Assembly: GCA_040757625.1 (NCBI GenBank) | Contig: JBFLWU010000010.1 | Span: forward strand, 56,898 to 120,897 | DNA length: 64,000 bases | Reading direction: 5' to 3' | Origin: Thermodesulfobacteriota bacterium | GTDB lineage: Bacteria > Desulfobacterota > Desulfobacteria > Desulfobacterales > JARGFK01 | In this document: piece after piece, positions 25,365 through 34,800 of the stretch | Numbering within the stretch: the first letter of the stretch is position 1 | Layout of the letters: the number at the start of each line of letters is the position of its first letter | Notes under the pieces: model-generated | Told to the model about the DNA's origin: nothing | Database searches by the model: none | What the model saw: only the letters and a program-made list of their open reading frames with translations | Translations under genes and position numbers: made by a program

Positions 25365-26270
25365 TTACTCTCCCACCCTCTCGTCGTCGGTTTCATCCGT
25401 TTCATCTTGATCGTATTCAAATGGATCGACCGTTCCCTGGGTCGACCGCTTGATGATCTCCACCACAGGGCCCTTGGTGCCGTCGGAAATAATCTTGCGT
25501 TCGCCCGGTTTCATCTCCGCGCTGACAACCGCCACCTCTGACTTTTCCTCGGTTTCTTTATCGGCTTCGGCCTGCTGTTTTTCCGCCAGCAGCTCCTTTC
25601 CGGCCACGCAGGCATCGGCAATCTTGGATGTCAGCAGCCGAATCGCTCGAATCGCATCATCGTTGCCGGGAATGGGATAATCCACCTCATCCGGGTCGCA
25701 GTTGGTATCTACCACTGCGGCGATGGGGATATTAAGCCGCCGGCCTTCACGCACCGCGATGGATTCATTGTTCGGATCAATCACAAAGATCGCTCCCGGA
25801 AGCCGGGTCATGCTGCGGATGCCTCCCAGGTTGTTGTCGAGTTTGACCCTTTCCTTGGCCAGCTGCAGCCGCTCCTTTTTGGGAAACAGGTTAATGGTGC
25901 CGTCGTTCTGGATCGTATTGAGATAATTCAGACGATCAATACTCTTTTTGATCGTCTGGAAATTGGTCAGCATACCGCCCAGCCAGCGATTGTGAACATA
26001 GAACATCTCGCAGCGGTTGGCCTCTTCATAGATGGCATCCCGCGCCTGTTTCTTGGTCCCCACAAACAGGACCGAACGACCATTTGCCACGGTGTCGACA
26101 ATAAAATCATAGACCGTTTTAAACATCCGGACGGTTTTTTGCAGGTCAATGATATAAATCCCGTTACGCGCGCCGAAAATATAAGGCTTCATCTTGGGAT
26201 TCCACCGCTTGGTCTGATGACCGAAATGAACCCCTGCTTCCAAGAGTTCCTTCATTGTTACATACGCCAT
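25365..26270 (-). CDS. rpsB: 30S ribosomal protein S2 with acidic C-terminal extension
   Basis: ATG 26270 is preceded by AAAGGAG; the track ORF extends spuriously to 26378. [27 protein letters not shown]. Confidence 0.95.
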   Translation of the reverse strand: MAYVTMKELLEAGVHFGHQTKRWNPKMKPYIFGARNGIYIIDLQKTVRMFKTVYDFIVDTVANGRSVLFVGTKKQARDAIYEEANRCEMFYVHNRWLGGMLTNFQTIKKSIDRLNYLNTIQNDGTINLFPKKERLQLAKERVKLDNNLGGIRSMTRLPGAIFVIDPNNESIAVREGRRLNIPIAAVVDTNCDPDEVDYPIPGNDDAIRAIRLLTSKIADACVAGKELLAEKQQAEADKETEEKSEVAVVSAEMKPGERKIISDGTKGPVVEIIKRSTQGTVDPFEYDQDETDETDDERVGE

Positions 26271-26445
26271 TTTGTTCTCCTTTTCTGTTTGGTTTTTCCT
26301 CCGCCCGTTTCCGCCCCGCTTCCGACCCTCGCCGAGAGCACCTGGAAGCCGGTCCACGGACGTGTGAGTTATTGACAATTATTAAACGAATTTTAGTATC
26401 AAATTAATTTGACATTCGCAAGATAATTATTTCGGATCAGGCAAA

Positions 26446-26587
26446 AAGGCTGAAGGTCAGTTGTCAGTTGTCCTTCAATTTTCAGCAACGGACTGCTGAC
26501 GACGGGCAACCGACCGGCCGCCCACCGGCCATTAACATGCTAATCATCGCCAAACTACCGGTCTATTTCCCTTCAGCCTTCAGCCTT
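26446..26587. repeat. Long-range inverted repeat AAGGCTGAAGG ... CCTTCAGCCTT(CAGCCTT) bracketing the prmC-rpsB intergenic region
   Basis: Left arm 26446-26456. Right arm is duplicated at 26570-26580 and 26577-26587 and overlaps the prmC stop. On the transcribed minus strand the distal arm is followed by UUUUUG. It shares the core CCTTCAGCC with the 20229-20333 tandem repeat. Confidence 0.7.
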
Positions 26588-27479
26588 TTTTTTTCATCGA
26601 CACCACCCGATCAAGGCCGCTATAGTCCTGACCGAAAACGATCTCATCATATCCCCCGCTTTCCGTGATGATGTCCTGGACGCCTTGCTTCTGGTCAAAA
26701 CCGATTTCCAGAAACAGCCGACCGCCGTCATTCAGGTAGCGCGGTGCCTGATGGATAATCAGCCGAAGTGAGTCGAGGCCGTCTTCGCCCCCGTCCAGCG
26801 CCTGGACCGGTTCATAGCGGCAAACTTCAGGCTGCAGTCCCGCGATCAGGCCGGTCTTGATATAGGGTGGGTTCGATACGATGATATCAAATCCGCTTCC
26901 GCCTGATTTTAACGCTTTCAACCAGTCGCCGCAGAAAAAATGAATCCGGTTCTCAAGCCGATGCCGCCGCGCATTCTGCCGGGCCAGTCGAACCGCCCGG
27001 GCCGATCGGTCCGATGCAAAAAAAAGAGCCCCCCGCGCCCGAGAGGCCAGCGCCAGGACGATGGCGCCGGAACCTGTACCCAGATCCAGAATGCGTCGGG
27101 GTACCTGGCGAAAATCCCCGGAAATCTTCCCACATACGGCTTCCACCAGGCATTCCGTCTCCGGACGGGGTATCAACACGTCCGGGTTCACTTCCAGTTC
27201 CAGGGACCAGAATTCCTTGATCCCGGTGATATAGGCAACCGGCTCCCGATCGATTCTTCTCTTTATCAGGGTCTTGAAATACTGCAGTTCCTTGCTGCCG
27301 AGAGGCTGGTCGTAACAGACATACAGATCGATACGTTCTTTTCGCAGGGTATGCGCCAGCAGAATTTCAGCGGCAGCCCTCGGATTTTCAATTCGGTGGG
27401 ATTTAAAGTATGCGGCGGCCCACTTGAGAAGCTTAAGAATTGTCCAACGCGACTCTTTGGACTTGAGCTGATTCTGCAT
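26580..27479 (-). CDS. prmC: Peptide chain release factor N5-glutamine methyltransferase
   Basis: SAM-binding [11 protein letters not shown] and catalytic VSNPPYI. Downstream of prfA, with a 47-nt overlap. Confidence 0.9.
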   Translation of the reverse strand: MQNQLKSKESRWTILKLLKWAAAYFKSHRIENPRAAAEILLAHTLRKERIDLYVCYDQPLGSKELQYFKTLIKRRIDREPVAYITGIKEFWSLELEVNPDVLIPRPETECLVEAVCGKISGDFRQVPRRILDLGTGSGAIVLALASRARGALFFASDRSARAVRLARQNARRHRLENRIHFFCGDWLKALKSGGSGFDIIVSNPPYIKTGLIAGLQPEVCRYEPVQALDGGEDGLDSLRLIIHQAPRYLNDGGRLFLEIGFDQKQGVQDIITESGGYDEIVFGQDYSGLDRVVSMKKKG

Positions 27480-28533
27480 GTTGTAACGCCTGGGCCTGAT
27501 AAAAGGTTGTCAACTCATCAATAATTTCATCGATGTCGCCCTGTAAAATCGTTTCAAGCCGATATAGGGTCAGACCGATGCGGTGATCGGTCACCCTCCC
27601 CTGGGGAAAATTATAGGTCCGGATGCGTTCACTCCTGTCGCCGCTGCCGATCTGGCTCTTGCGCTCCTCAGACCTTTTCTGGTTCTGTTCGGTGAGCATG
27701 GCGTCATAGAGCCGCGCCCGCAGGACCTTCATGGCCTTGGCCTTGTTTTTATGCTGGGATTTCTCATCCTGGCAGGTCACCACCACGCCTGTGGGCAGAT
27801 GGGTAATGCGTACGGCCGAATCGGTTGTATTGACGGATTGACCGCCCGGGCCGGTGGAGCGGTAAACATCGACTTTGATCTCATCTGGATCAATATGCAG
27901 TTCGATTTCTTCGGCTTCCGGCAAAACCGCAACAGTTACGGCCGATGTGTGGATGCGGCCCTGAGCCTCGGTGGCCGGTACCCGCTGAACCCGATGGGTG
28001 CCGCTTTCATATTTAAGCCGGCTGTAAGCCCCATCGCCATGAACCATCGCAATGATTTCCTTTAGACCGCCGACACCCGTAAAATGGTGACTCATGATTT
28101 CAACTTTCCAGGACTTGGCCTCGGCGTACCTGGAATACATCCTGAAGAGATCGCTTGCAAACAGACCGGCCTCTTCACCACCGGTGCCCGCCCGGATTTC
28201 AATCAGCACGTTTTTTTCATCGTTGGGATCCTTGGGGGTCAGGAGTTTTTTCAGTTTTTCCTCCAGCTGTTTCTTTTCCGGACCCAGCCGTTCGATCTCA
28301 TCCCGCGCCAGTGCCTTGATTTCCGGGTCTTTGTCTTCCAGCAGTTCCTGGCTGCTTTCCAGTTCGGCTGCTGTGCGTTTATAGGCTCTGAAAACCGTGA
28401 CGATTTTATTTAAATCGGCGTGTTCCCGGACGAATTTCATGTAGGTCTCGCGGTCCTTGACGATATCAGGGTCGCTCAACCGATTCTCCAGTTCTATAAA
28501 CCGCTCTTCAACGCTGTTCAGTTTTTCAAACAT
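27433..28533 (-). CDS. prfA: Peptide chain release factor 1
   Basis: GGQ motif ([24 protein letters not shown]) and the RF1-type PAT tripeptide ([14 protein letters not shown]). Confidence 0.95.
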   Translation of the reverse strand: MFEKLNSVEERFIELENRLSDPDIVKDRETYMKFVREHADLNKIVTVFRAYKRTAAELESSQELLEDKDPEIKALARDEIERLGPEKKQLEEKLKKLLTPKDPNDEKNVLIEIRAGTGGEEAGLFASDLFRMYSRYAEAKSWKVEIMSHHFTGVGGLKEIIAMVHGDGAYSRLKYESGTHRVQRVPATEAQGRIHTSAVTVAVLPEAEEIELHIDPDEIKVDVYRSTGPGGQSVNTTDSAVRITHLPTGVVVTCQDEKSQHKNKAKAMKVLRARLYDAMLTEQNQKRSEERKSQIGSGDRSERIRTYNFPQGRVTDHRIGLTLYRLETILQGDIDEIIDELTTFYQAQALQHAESAQVQRVALDNS

Positions 28534-28579
28534 ATCGTTATCTGTTTTACCCGAGGCAATTGAAAATTACCCTGTAATC

Positions 28580-28680
28580 CCGCAAAACGGGATTTCCGCT
28601 TCGCTTCGACAAGCTGCAGGGAATCTTCCCCCATAAAAAATTTTAATCGTTATGTGATTCGCTCGCTATTACGGTTCAAC
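28580..28680. repeat. Nested-hairpin intergenic repeat, family 1, copy a (shortened variant)
   Basis: CCGCAAAACGGGAT..CGCTTCGCTTCGACAAGCTGCAGGGAATCTTC...ATTCGCTCGC...ACGGTTCAAC. Aligns with the copies at 28972-29103 and 41851-41972. Confidence 0.7.
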
Positions 28681-28971
28681 ACCGAAAAAGTCGTCCCGTC
28701 ATCAATCGGATCACCGTTTCTCCGTTCGCGTCTGCAATCGACCGCCATAAAACAAAAAGCCCTGAAAAACTCCCTTTTCATCCAGTTTCCTGAAAGACGC
28801 ATCCTGCTGCATGACGATCTGCAGGAATGCCTCCCGGTTTTCCCGATGCGGCCAATCCCGCTAAAAAAAGGAACGTCTTCCGTAAACTTGAACGAAACCG
28901 AACATTTTTCAAAGCTCTCTAACAGCTTTATCAGCAAATCACCCGAAAAAATTATTGAAGCTCCTGCTGCT

Positions 28972-29103
28972 CCGCAAAACGGGATCTGCGCTGCGCTCCG
29001 ATAAGCTGCAGGGAATCTTCGGCCGTAAAAACTTTGAATCTAGTAATATTCGCTCGCTAATCCCTTAGCAGTCAACGGGGCTAGCGAGCGCTTTTGCGGT
29101 TCA
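28972..29103. repeat. Nested-hairpin intergenic repeat, family 1, copy b
   Basis: The 5' end CCGCAAAA pairs with the 3' end TTTTGCGG. Internal hairpin TTCGCTCGCTA-(21 nt)-TAGCGAGCG. Shares the AAGCTGCAGGGAATCTTC core. Confidence 0.7.
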
Positions 29104-29141
29104 GATGACTATATAATCGATGCAGAAGGGTAATGGCGGCT

Positions 29142-29351
29142 CTATTTCCCCTCGAATTTTTCATATTTCTTACGGAAGCGCTCGATGCGGCCGGCCGTGT
29201 CCACCAGTTTCTGCTTGCCGGTGAAAAATGGGTGGCACTTTGAGCATATTTCCACCCGGATTTTTGATTTGGTGGATCCCACTTCGATAACATTTCCGCA
29301 CGCGCATTTCACAGTTGTATCCGCATAGGTCGGATGGATGTCGCTTTTCAT
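29142..29351 (-). CDS. rpmE: 50S ribosomal protein L31 (zinc-ribbon type)
   Basis: [20 protein letters not shown]...[13 protein letters not shown]. Confidence 0.95.
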   Translation of the reverse strand: MKSDIHPTYADTTVKCACGNVIEVGSTKSKIRVEICSKCHPFFTGKQKLVDTAGRIERFRKKYEKFEGK

Positions 29352-29371
29352 TTTTTTGTTAAACTCCTCTT

Positions 29372-30619
29372 TTATGCATTCATTGATTCCAGAAATTTTT
29401 TATTATTCTTTGTTCCGCTCATTTTTTCAAGGATAAATTCGAGCGTGTCCACCGGGTTGAGCGAAGACAACAGCTTCCTTAATATCCAGACCCGATTCAG
29501 GGTCTCGGCATCCAGCAGCAGTTCTTCCTTGCGGGTACCGGATTTATTGATATCAATCGCCGGGAACATCCGTTTGTCCGCAAGCCTGCGGTCCAGCTGA
29601 ATCTCCATGTTGCCGGTCCCTTTGAATTCCTCAAAGATAACTTCGTCCATTCGGCTTCCCGTATCGATCAGGGCGGTGGCGATAATGGTGAGACTGCCGC
29701 CCTCCTCGATGTTCCGGGCTGCCCCGAAAAAGCGCTTGGGGCGCTGCAGGGCATTGGAATCGACGCCGCCGGACAGAATCTTTCCGCTGGGCGGCACCAC
29801 GGAATTATAGGCCCGGGCAAGCCGGGTGATACTGTCCAGCAGAATCACCACGTCTTTTTTATGTTCCACCAGCCGCTTGGCCTTCTCGATCACCATTTCG
29901 GCAACCTGCACATGACGCTCGGCCGGTTCGTCAAAGGTGGAGCTGATCACCTCGGCCTTGACGGATCTTTCCATGTCGGTCACTTCCTCGGGGCGTTCAT
30001 CGATCAGCAGGACAAACATGACGATGTCCTTATGGTTGGCGACAATGCTGTTGGCGATTGCCTGCAGCAGCATGGTTTTGCCGGACCGGGGAGGAGATAC
30101 GATCAGACCGCGCTGCCCAAATCCGATGGGGGTCATCAGGTCCATGATCCGGGTGGAATAATTTTCGGAATCTGTTTCCAGATTGACCTTTTTGTCCGGG
30201 TAAAGAGGGGTCAGGTTGTCGAAAAGAATTTTTTCCCTGGCCACTTCCGGATCTTCATAATTAATGGCCTCGACCTTGAGCAGCGCGAAATACCGCTCCG
30301 ACTCCTTGGGCTGGCGTATTTGCCCGGAGACGGTATCTCCGGTTCGCAGGTTAAACCGCCTGATTTGCGACGGCGACACATAGATATCGTCCGGCCCGGG
30401 CAGATAATTGTAATTAGGCGCCCGCAAAAATCCGAAACCGTCCGGCAGAATTTCCAGTGTGCCTTCGCCGTAGATCAATCCGTCCAGTTCGATCTGTGCC
30501 TGCAGCAACGCAAAAATCAGCTCCTGCTTTTTCATCCCGGCTGCGCCCTGGATATTCAGCTTTTTGGCCATCTGGGTCAACTTGCTGATTTTCTGTTCTT
30601 TTAATTCAACGATATTCAT
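29372..30619 (-). CDS. rho: Transcription termination factor Rho
   Basis: 415 aa. N-terminal Rho_N, RNA-binding CSD-like region (GFGFLR), Walker A PPRSGKT. Confidence 0.95.
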   Translation of the reverse strand: MNIVELKEQKISKLTQMAKKLNIQGAAGMKKQELIFALLQAQIELDGLIYGEGTLEILPDGFGFLRAPNYNYLPGPDDIYVSPSQIRRFNLRTGDTVSGQIRQPKESERYFALLKVEAINYEDPEVAREKILFDNLTPLYPDKKVNLETDSENYSTRIMDLMTPIGFGQRGLIVSPPRSGKTMLLQAIANSIVANHKDIVMFVLLIDERPEEVTDMERSVKAEVISSTFDEPAERHVQVAEMVIEKAKRLVEHKKDVVILLDSITRLARAYNSVVPPSGKILSGGVDSNALQRPKRFFGAARNIEEGGSLTIIATALIDTGSRMDEVIFEEFKGTGNMEIQLDRRLADKRMFPAIDINKSGTRKEELLLDAETLNRVWILRKLLSSLNPVDTLEFILEKMSGTKNNKKFLESMNA

Positions 30620-30943
30620 TCACTCATTCCTCATTTTCAATTATTAATATTCTGGCTCCCGTTTAGCTAAAACCGCCATGCTCGCAATCAAGAGCGGCAG
30701 TTGGCCCCCAATTTGTTTCAGCACGGTGCGACCCCCCCCATCATGCCTGTCAAAACACGTTAGCAGGAATCACCCATTATATATTACGCTATTTGTTTCA
30801 CACATATGGTGAATAACGGACTGGACCCATGCTGGTGATATTTGGAGAATTTGAATGCGCTATGATTTTAATTGGTTTAAGAATTCGTCAGGTATTCTTT
30901 ACATCATGACATCATGGCGGGCGCCTTCAACGTGCCAAAATTA

Positions 30944-31627
30944 CTACATGAAAATTTGGCTGTCAAGCGCTTTCAGCTTTTTTTTATATTTTTGGGAAAA
31001 CATTTTTAAAAACCGATCGACCTCCGTATTCAGCTGTTCGATGGATTCATTATTTCTAATAATAAAATCAGAATGTTGTATTTTTTCATGGTCGGGCTTC
31101 TGGATTTCCAGCAGGCCTTGGGCCTCCTTTCGGGAAATATTGTCCCGGTCTGTCAGGCGTTTAATTCGGATTTCATCGTCGGCGCTGACCATTACGATCA
31201 CATCGAAATAGTCGTTCCATCCCGTTTCAAACAAGAGCGGCACTTCAACAAAAAAAACCGTGCGGCCCTCCTTAACGGCCCCGGCCATTTCCATTTCCAT
31301 CCGCTCAAAGATTTTTGGATGGAGAATGTTTTCCAGACTCCGGCGCGCCTTTTCATCTCTTATAATGGTCCGTCGAAGCGCCGAACGGTCGAGGCTCCCG
31401 TCGGCCTGCAGCATGGTTGGACCAAAACGGGTCGCGATTTCAGCAAGACCGCGGGAACCCGGCGCCACGACCTCCCGGGCCAGCACGTCGGTATTGATCA
31501 CCCGCAGTCCCAGCGCCGCTAACCGGTCGCAAACAGCCGTCTTGCCGGAACCGGCACTGCCGGTCACGGCGACCTTCAACAAAGAGGTTGTAGATTTCAG
31601 GCTGCTGTGCTTATCCGTTGGGTTCAT
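30944..31627 (-). CDS. coaE: Dephospho-CoA kinase
   Basis: P-loop VAVTGSAGSGKTAV and the conserved VPLLFE segment. 227 aa, with N- and C-terminal extensions relative to typical ~200-aa CoaE. Confidence 0.8.
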   Translation of the reverse strand: MNPTDKHSSLKSTTSLLKVAVTGSAGSGKTAVCDRLAALGLRVINTDVLAREVVAPGSRGLAEIATRFGPTMLQADGSLDRSALRRTIIRDEKARRSLENILHPKIFERMEMEMAGAVKEGRTVFFVEVPLLFETGWNDYFDVIVMVSADDEIRIKRLTDRDNISRKEAQGLLEIQKPDHEKIQHSDFIIRNNESIEQLNTEVDRFLKMFSQKYKKKLKALDSQIFM

Positions 31628-32085
31628 CGCAATGACTACCGTACTGTTGGTTCCTGATCTGCAACCATGTTAACACCATGGCGCCCGCGCTATAGCCAAA
31701 ATGGGCGTTGCTGACAAGCTTTTATCCGGTCGTATTAACTGCCGCCATACACCTTTTCAACCGGTTTTCCAAGCTTTAACTGACGCCTGCATAAAAAAAT
31801 GCGGAATGAAGGTTGAATTCCTGCCCGGCGGAAACTCTCCACTGTCGTTGTGAAAAACTCGGAACTGGGGGGCCGCCCGAGCAGGGTTCAACAGTTGAAA
31901 CTGTTTCTGAACAACAAGGCAGATAAAGGAGGCTTTTTAACGGTTCGGCCCGACGCTCACAAGATCCCTTAAACAGTTTCATGCCCTCCATTGAAAAGTT
32001 TCCGCCGGCCTGAAGCGATATCGTCTTATTTTTTGGTTATAGTATTAATAAAATATGTTATGGTCTTATTTAGGGTGGTAACCTT

Positions 32086-33462
32086 ATGATCAAATTTAAT
32101 TCCGATATCATCCCCGCCGACGCAGATGCCTATGTCGTCGGCGGCTCCGTCCGGGACATCCTGCTGGGCCGGCCGCCTGCGGATTACGACATCGCTGTAC
32201 CGGGAAGTCCGTCAGCGTTCGCCGCCCGAATCGCTGCGAAAATCGGAGGGCATATCGTCGAAATCGGCAAGGCGGGCCAGCAGACCCACCGGGTGGCATC
32301 GCCGCAACACGTTGTCGATATCGCTCAGTTAAACGGGCCGACGATCGAGAGCGACCTTTTTAAAAGAGATTTCACCATCGATGCGATGGCCTACCACTTG
32401 TCTTCCGGAGAACTCATCGATCCGCTCAACGGCAGAGCCGATCTGTCCCTTAAGCAGGTTCGCATGGTCTCGAAGGACATCTTTGCCAAAGACCCCATCC
32501 GGCTGCTGAGGGCTTACCGGATTGCCGCTCTGATGGGATTTGAAATTGAAGCGCAAACGGCCGCCGTCCTCCGGAACCAGGCCGCGTTCATCAGGCATTC
32601 GGCCGGAGAGCGGATCCGAACAGAACTTTTCATGCTTTTTGATGTTCCCCGCTCGCATCCGTATGTCATACAGATGGCGATGTCAGGGCTCCTGCAGGCT
32701 GTTTTCCCGGAGATGATCGCGCTCAAGGGGTGTCGTCAAAACAGCCATCACGCCCATGATGTTTTTAACCATACCCTTCTGGCCTATCATCATCTGGAGA
32801 AACTGATCCATGAGTTCAGAATACCGCACCCGGAATCGGGAGGCGAAATGGATGCTTTCATGCCAGGTGATTGCGCCGGCATGCTTAAATGCGCCGTCCT
32901 GCTGCATGACATCGGCAAGCCGTCGTCAACGGCCCTTGATGCCAACGGCGGCGTTCACTTTTATGGCCATGCCCAAAAAAGCGCAGACATGGCGGATGCC
33001 ATCGGGTCCCGCTTGAAATTTTCCCGACGCCAGAAACAATTCCTCGATTTCATTGTCCGTAACCACCTGCGGCCCCTGTCGCTTTTTGCAGCGCGCCGGC
33101 AGGGCAGTTTAACCCCCCGGGGCCTTGCGCGTTTCTACTTGACGTGCGGTGATTACACCCCGTTTCTGCTGCTGCACGCACTGGCGGACACTCAGGCGAA
33201 AGAAACCGACTTCTCCGGCACCGATTTCACGGTATTCATAGAGGAACTGCTGCAGCATTATTTCGCCGACTTCAAGCCCGTCCAGGCCGAACCGCCCCTG
33301 ATTACCGGCGACGATCTCATCCGTGAATTCAACCTGTCCCCTTCCCCCCGTTTTAAAAAAATTCTGGCCACCGTCGAAGGGGCCCGACTGGCGCATAAAA
33401 TCAGCACCCGCAAAGAAGCGTTGAAGCTGGTGGACGACATCCTTTCCGGAAACAAATTTTAA
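32086..33462 (+). CDS. cca: CCA-adding tRNA nucleotidyltransferase / poly(A) polymerase family protein with HD domain
   Basis: GGSVRDILLGRPPADYDIAV nucleotidyltransferase head, RDFTIDAM motif, and a downstream HD region (LLHDIGKP). Confidence 0.8.
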   Translation: MIKFNSDIIPADADAYVVGGSVRDILLGRPPADYDIAVPGSPSAFAARIAAKIGGHIVEIGKAGQQTHRVASPQHVVDIAQLNGPTIESDLFKRDFTIDAMAYHLSSGELIDPLNGRADLSLKQVRMVSKDIFAKDPIRLLRAYRIAALMGFEIEAQTAAVLRNQAAFIRHSAGERIRTELFMLFDVPRSHPYVIQMAMSGLLQAVFPEMIALKGCRQNSHHAHDVFNHTLLAYHHLEKLIHEFRIPHPESGGEMDAFMPGDCAGMLKCAVLLHDIGKPSSTALDANGGVHFYGHAQKSADMADAIGSRLKFSRRQKQFLDFIVRNHLRPLSLFAARRQGSLTPRGLARFYLTCGDYTPFLLLHALADTQAKETDFSGTDFTVFIEELLQHYFADFKPVQAEPPLITGDDLIREFNLSPSPRFKKILATVEGARLAHKISTRKEALKLVDDILSGNKF

Positions 33463-33497
33463 GTTTCCGGCCGGTTCCGAGTTACGATTTCAATCTT

Positions 33498-33614
33498 CAG
33501 GCGCTGTTTCAAAATCCAAAACGAGTCCTGAGAACAAGGCGTGCAGCATAAAAGCGGGACAGTCCCGTATCAGCGAACCCGTCAGGTCTTTTGTGGAGTT
33601 TTAAAGCAGCTTCT
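33498..33614. repeat. Structured intergenic repeat, family 2, copy B (shorter, diverged)
   Basis: Arms GCTGTTTCAAAATCCA (33503-33518) / TGGAGTTTTAAAGCAGC (33594-33610). Shares GTTTCAAAA..TCCTGAGAACAAGGCG..GCAGCATA and TATCAG..TCAGGTCT with copy A. Confidence 0.55.
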
Positions 33615-33618
33615 CCCC

Positions 33619-33647
33619 TTGACAATGCCCCTGCATCTCTATAGAAA
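33619..33647 (+). promoter_or_regulatory. Candidate sigma70-type promoter for adk
   Basis: TTGACA (33619-33624), then TATAGA at 15-nt spacing or TAGAAA at 17-nt spacing. About 65 nt upstream of the adk ATG. Confidence 0.3.
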
Positions 33648-33711
33648 AGGCGAAACACGACTGCATACCAGCGGATTTCATACCGCATACCAATAGAAAG
33701 GAGAGCGTTTT

Positions 33712-34389
33712 ATGAACATTTTATTTTTTGGACCGAACGGCAGCGGCAAGGGAACCCAGGGGGCGATCCTCAAAGACAGGTACAAAACCCCCCATATTGA
33801 ATCCGGGGCGATTTTCAGGGAAAATATATCCAAGGGTACCGAACTGGGGAAAAAAGCCAAAGCGTATATCGACCGCGGCGACCTGGTGCCGGACGAAATT
33901 ACCATCCCGATGATACTGGACCGCCTGCAGCAGACCGACTGTAAAAAGGGCTGGCTGCTGGATGGATTTCCCCGCAACAAAAATCAAGCCGTCAAACTGG
34001 ATGAATCTCTCAAGGCGGCCGGAATGGCGCTGGATATTGTCGTGGAGATTGTCCTGGATCGCGAGATTGCCAAGAAAAGGATCATGGGGCGTCGGCTGTG
34101 CGTTAATGATAACAATCATCCCAACAACATCTATATCGATGCCATCAAACCCAACGGAAAAAGCTGCCGCGTCTGCGGCGGAGACCTCAAAACCCGATCG
34201 GACGATCAGGATGAGGACGCCATCAACAAACGCCACGATATTTACTATGATACCAAGGTCGGCACCCTGGCCTCCGCCTACTACTTCAAGGAGCTTGCCG
34301 CTGCCGGCGGATCAATTAAATACCTGACCCTGAATGGAGAGCCCGGCGTCAAAGAGGTAACGGCCGAGCTTCTGGCCAAGTTGAAATAA
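33712..34389 (+). CDS. adk: Adenylate kinase (long lid variant)
   Basis: P-loop MNILFFGPNGSGKGTQG and GFPRN motif. Long lid with C-x22-CRVCGGDL. Confidence 0.9.
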   Translation: MNILFFGPNGSGKGTQGAILKDRYKTPHIESGAIFRENISKGTELGKKAKAYIDRGDLVPDEITIPMILDRLQQTDCKKGWLLDGFPRNKNQAVKLDESLKAAGMALDIVVEIVLDREIAKKRIMGRRLCVNDNNHPNNIYIDAIKPNGKSCRVCGGDLKTRSDDQDEDAINKRHDIYYDTKVGTLASAYYFKELAAAGGSIKYLTLNGEPGVKEVTAELLAKLK

Positions 34390-34536
34390 AGCGAAATTAA
34401 AATAAAAATTCTTGCTTTTATCAATTAATATGGTTATAAAATATCGCTTTAAATGATATATCAAAATAACCATCATAGGATTGTAAAATATTTGAAAAAC
34501 ATTTTGCATTCGATGGAATGAAAGGGGCGAGATAAT

Positions 34537-34740
34537 TTGAAGGCAATCGAGGTTAAGGTTTTTGATAACGACCTTGAGAAGGCCATGCGCATTCTGAAAA
34601 AAAAGATTCAAAATGACGGCCTTTTCAAAAGGTTGAAGATCAAAAAGAGCTATGAAAAACCGAGTGAATACAGACGCCGCAAGGAACGTGAAGCCTTGAG
34701 ACGGCAGCGGATTGCTGCTGCCCGCAACAAGTACAGATAG
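34537..34740 (+). CDS. rpsU: 30S ribosomal protein S21
   Basis: 67 aa, TTG start 9 nt after GGGG. ...VFDNDLEKAMRILKKKIQNDGLFKRLKIKKSYEKPSEYRRRK. Confidence 0.85.
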   Translation: MKAIEVKVFDNDLEKAMRILKKKIQNDGLFKRLKIKKSYEKPSEYRRRKEREALRRQRIAAARNKYR

Positions 34741-34760
34741 AAAACGGCAGCCAGTTTTTA

Positions 34761-34794
34761 CCCGGCAGGATTCCGGTTCTGCCGGGTTTTTTTT
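34761..34794 (+). terminator. Rho-independent terminator after rpsU
   Basis: CCCGGCAG-(10 nt loop)-CTGCCGGG followed by T8. It ends 6 nt before the folC ATG. Confidence 0.8.
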
Positions 34795-34800
34795 CTGACG

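Noticed and set aside
27433-27479. The 47-nt prfA/prmC overlap as a sign of frameshift or mis-assembly.
   Set aside because: Both ORFs are full length with intact motifs (GGQ, NPPY). The overlap can be explained by translational coupling or a slightly later prmC start. There is no evidence of disruption.
28650-29004. Track ORFs 28650..28937(-) and 28654..29004(+) in the prfA-rpmE spacer as real genes.
   Set aside because: They overlap each other on opposite strands and run through the repeat copies. They have no RBS and implausible composition. At best they contain a frameshifted remnant (reported as a finding).
31776-31991. 71-aa minus-strand ORF in the coaE-cca intergenic region.
   Set aside because: No RBS. 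It has a Cys/Pro/Ser-rich composition and overlaps the hairpin-rich segment, so it is more likely non-coding.
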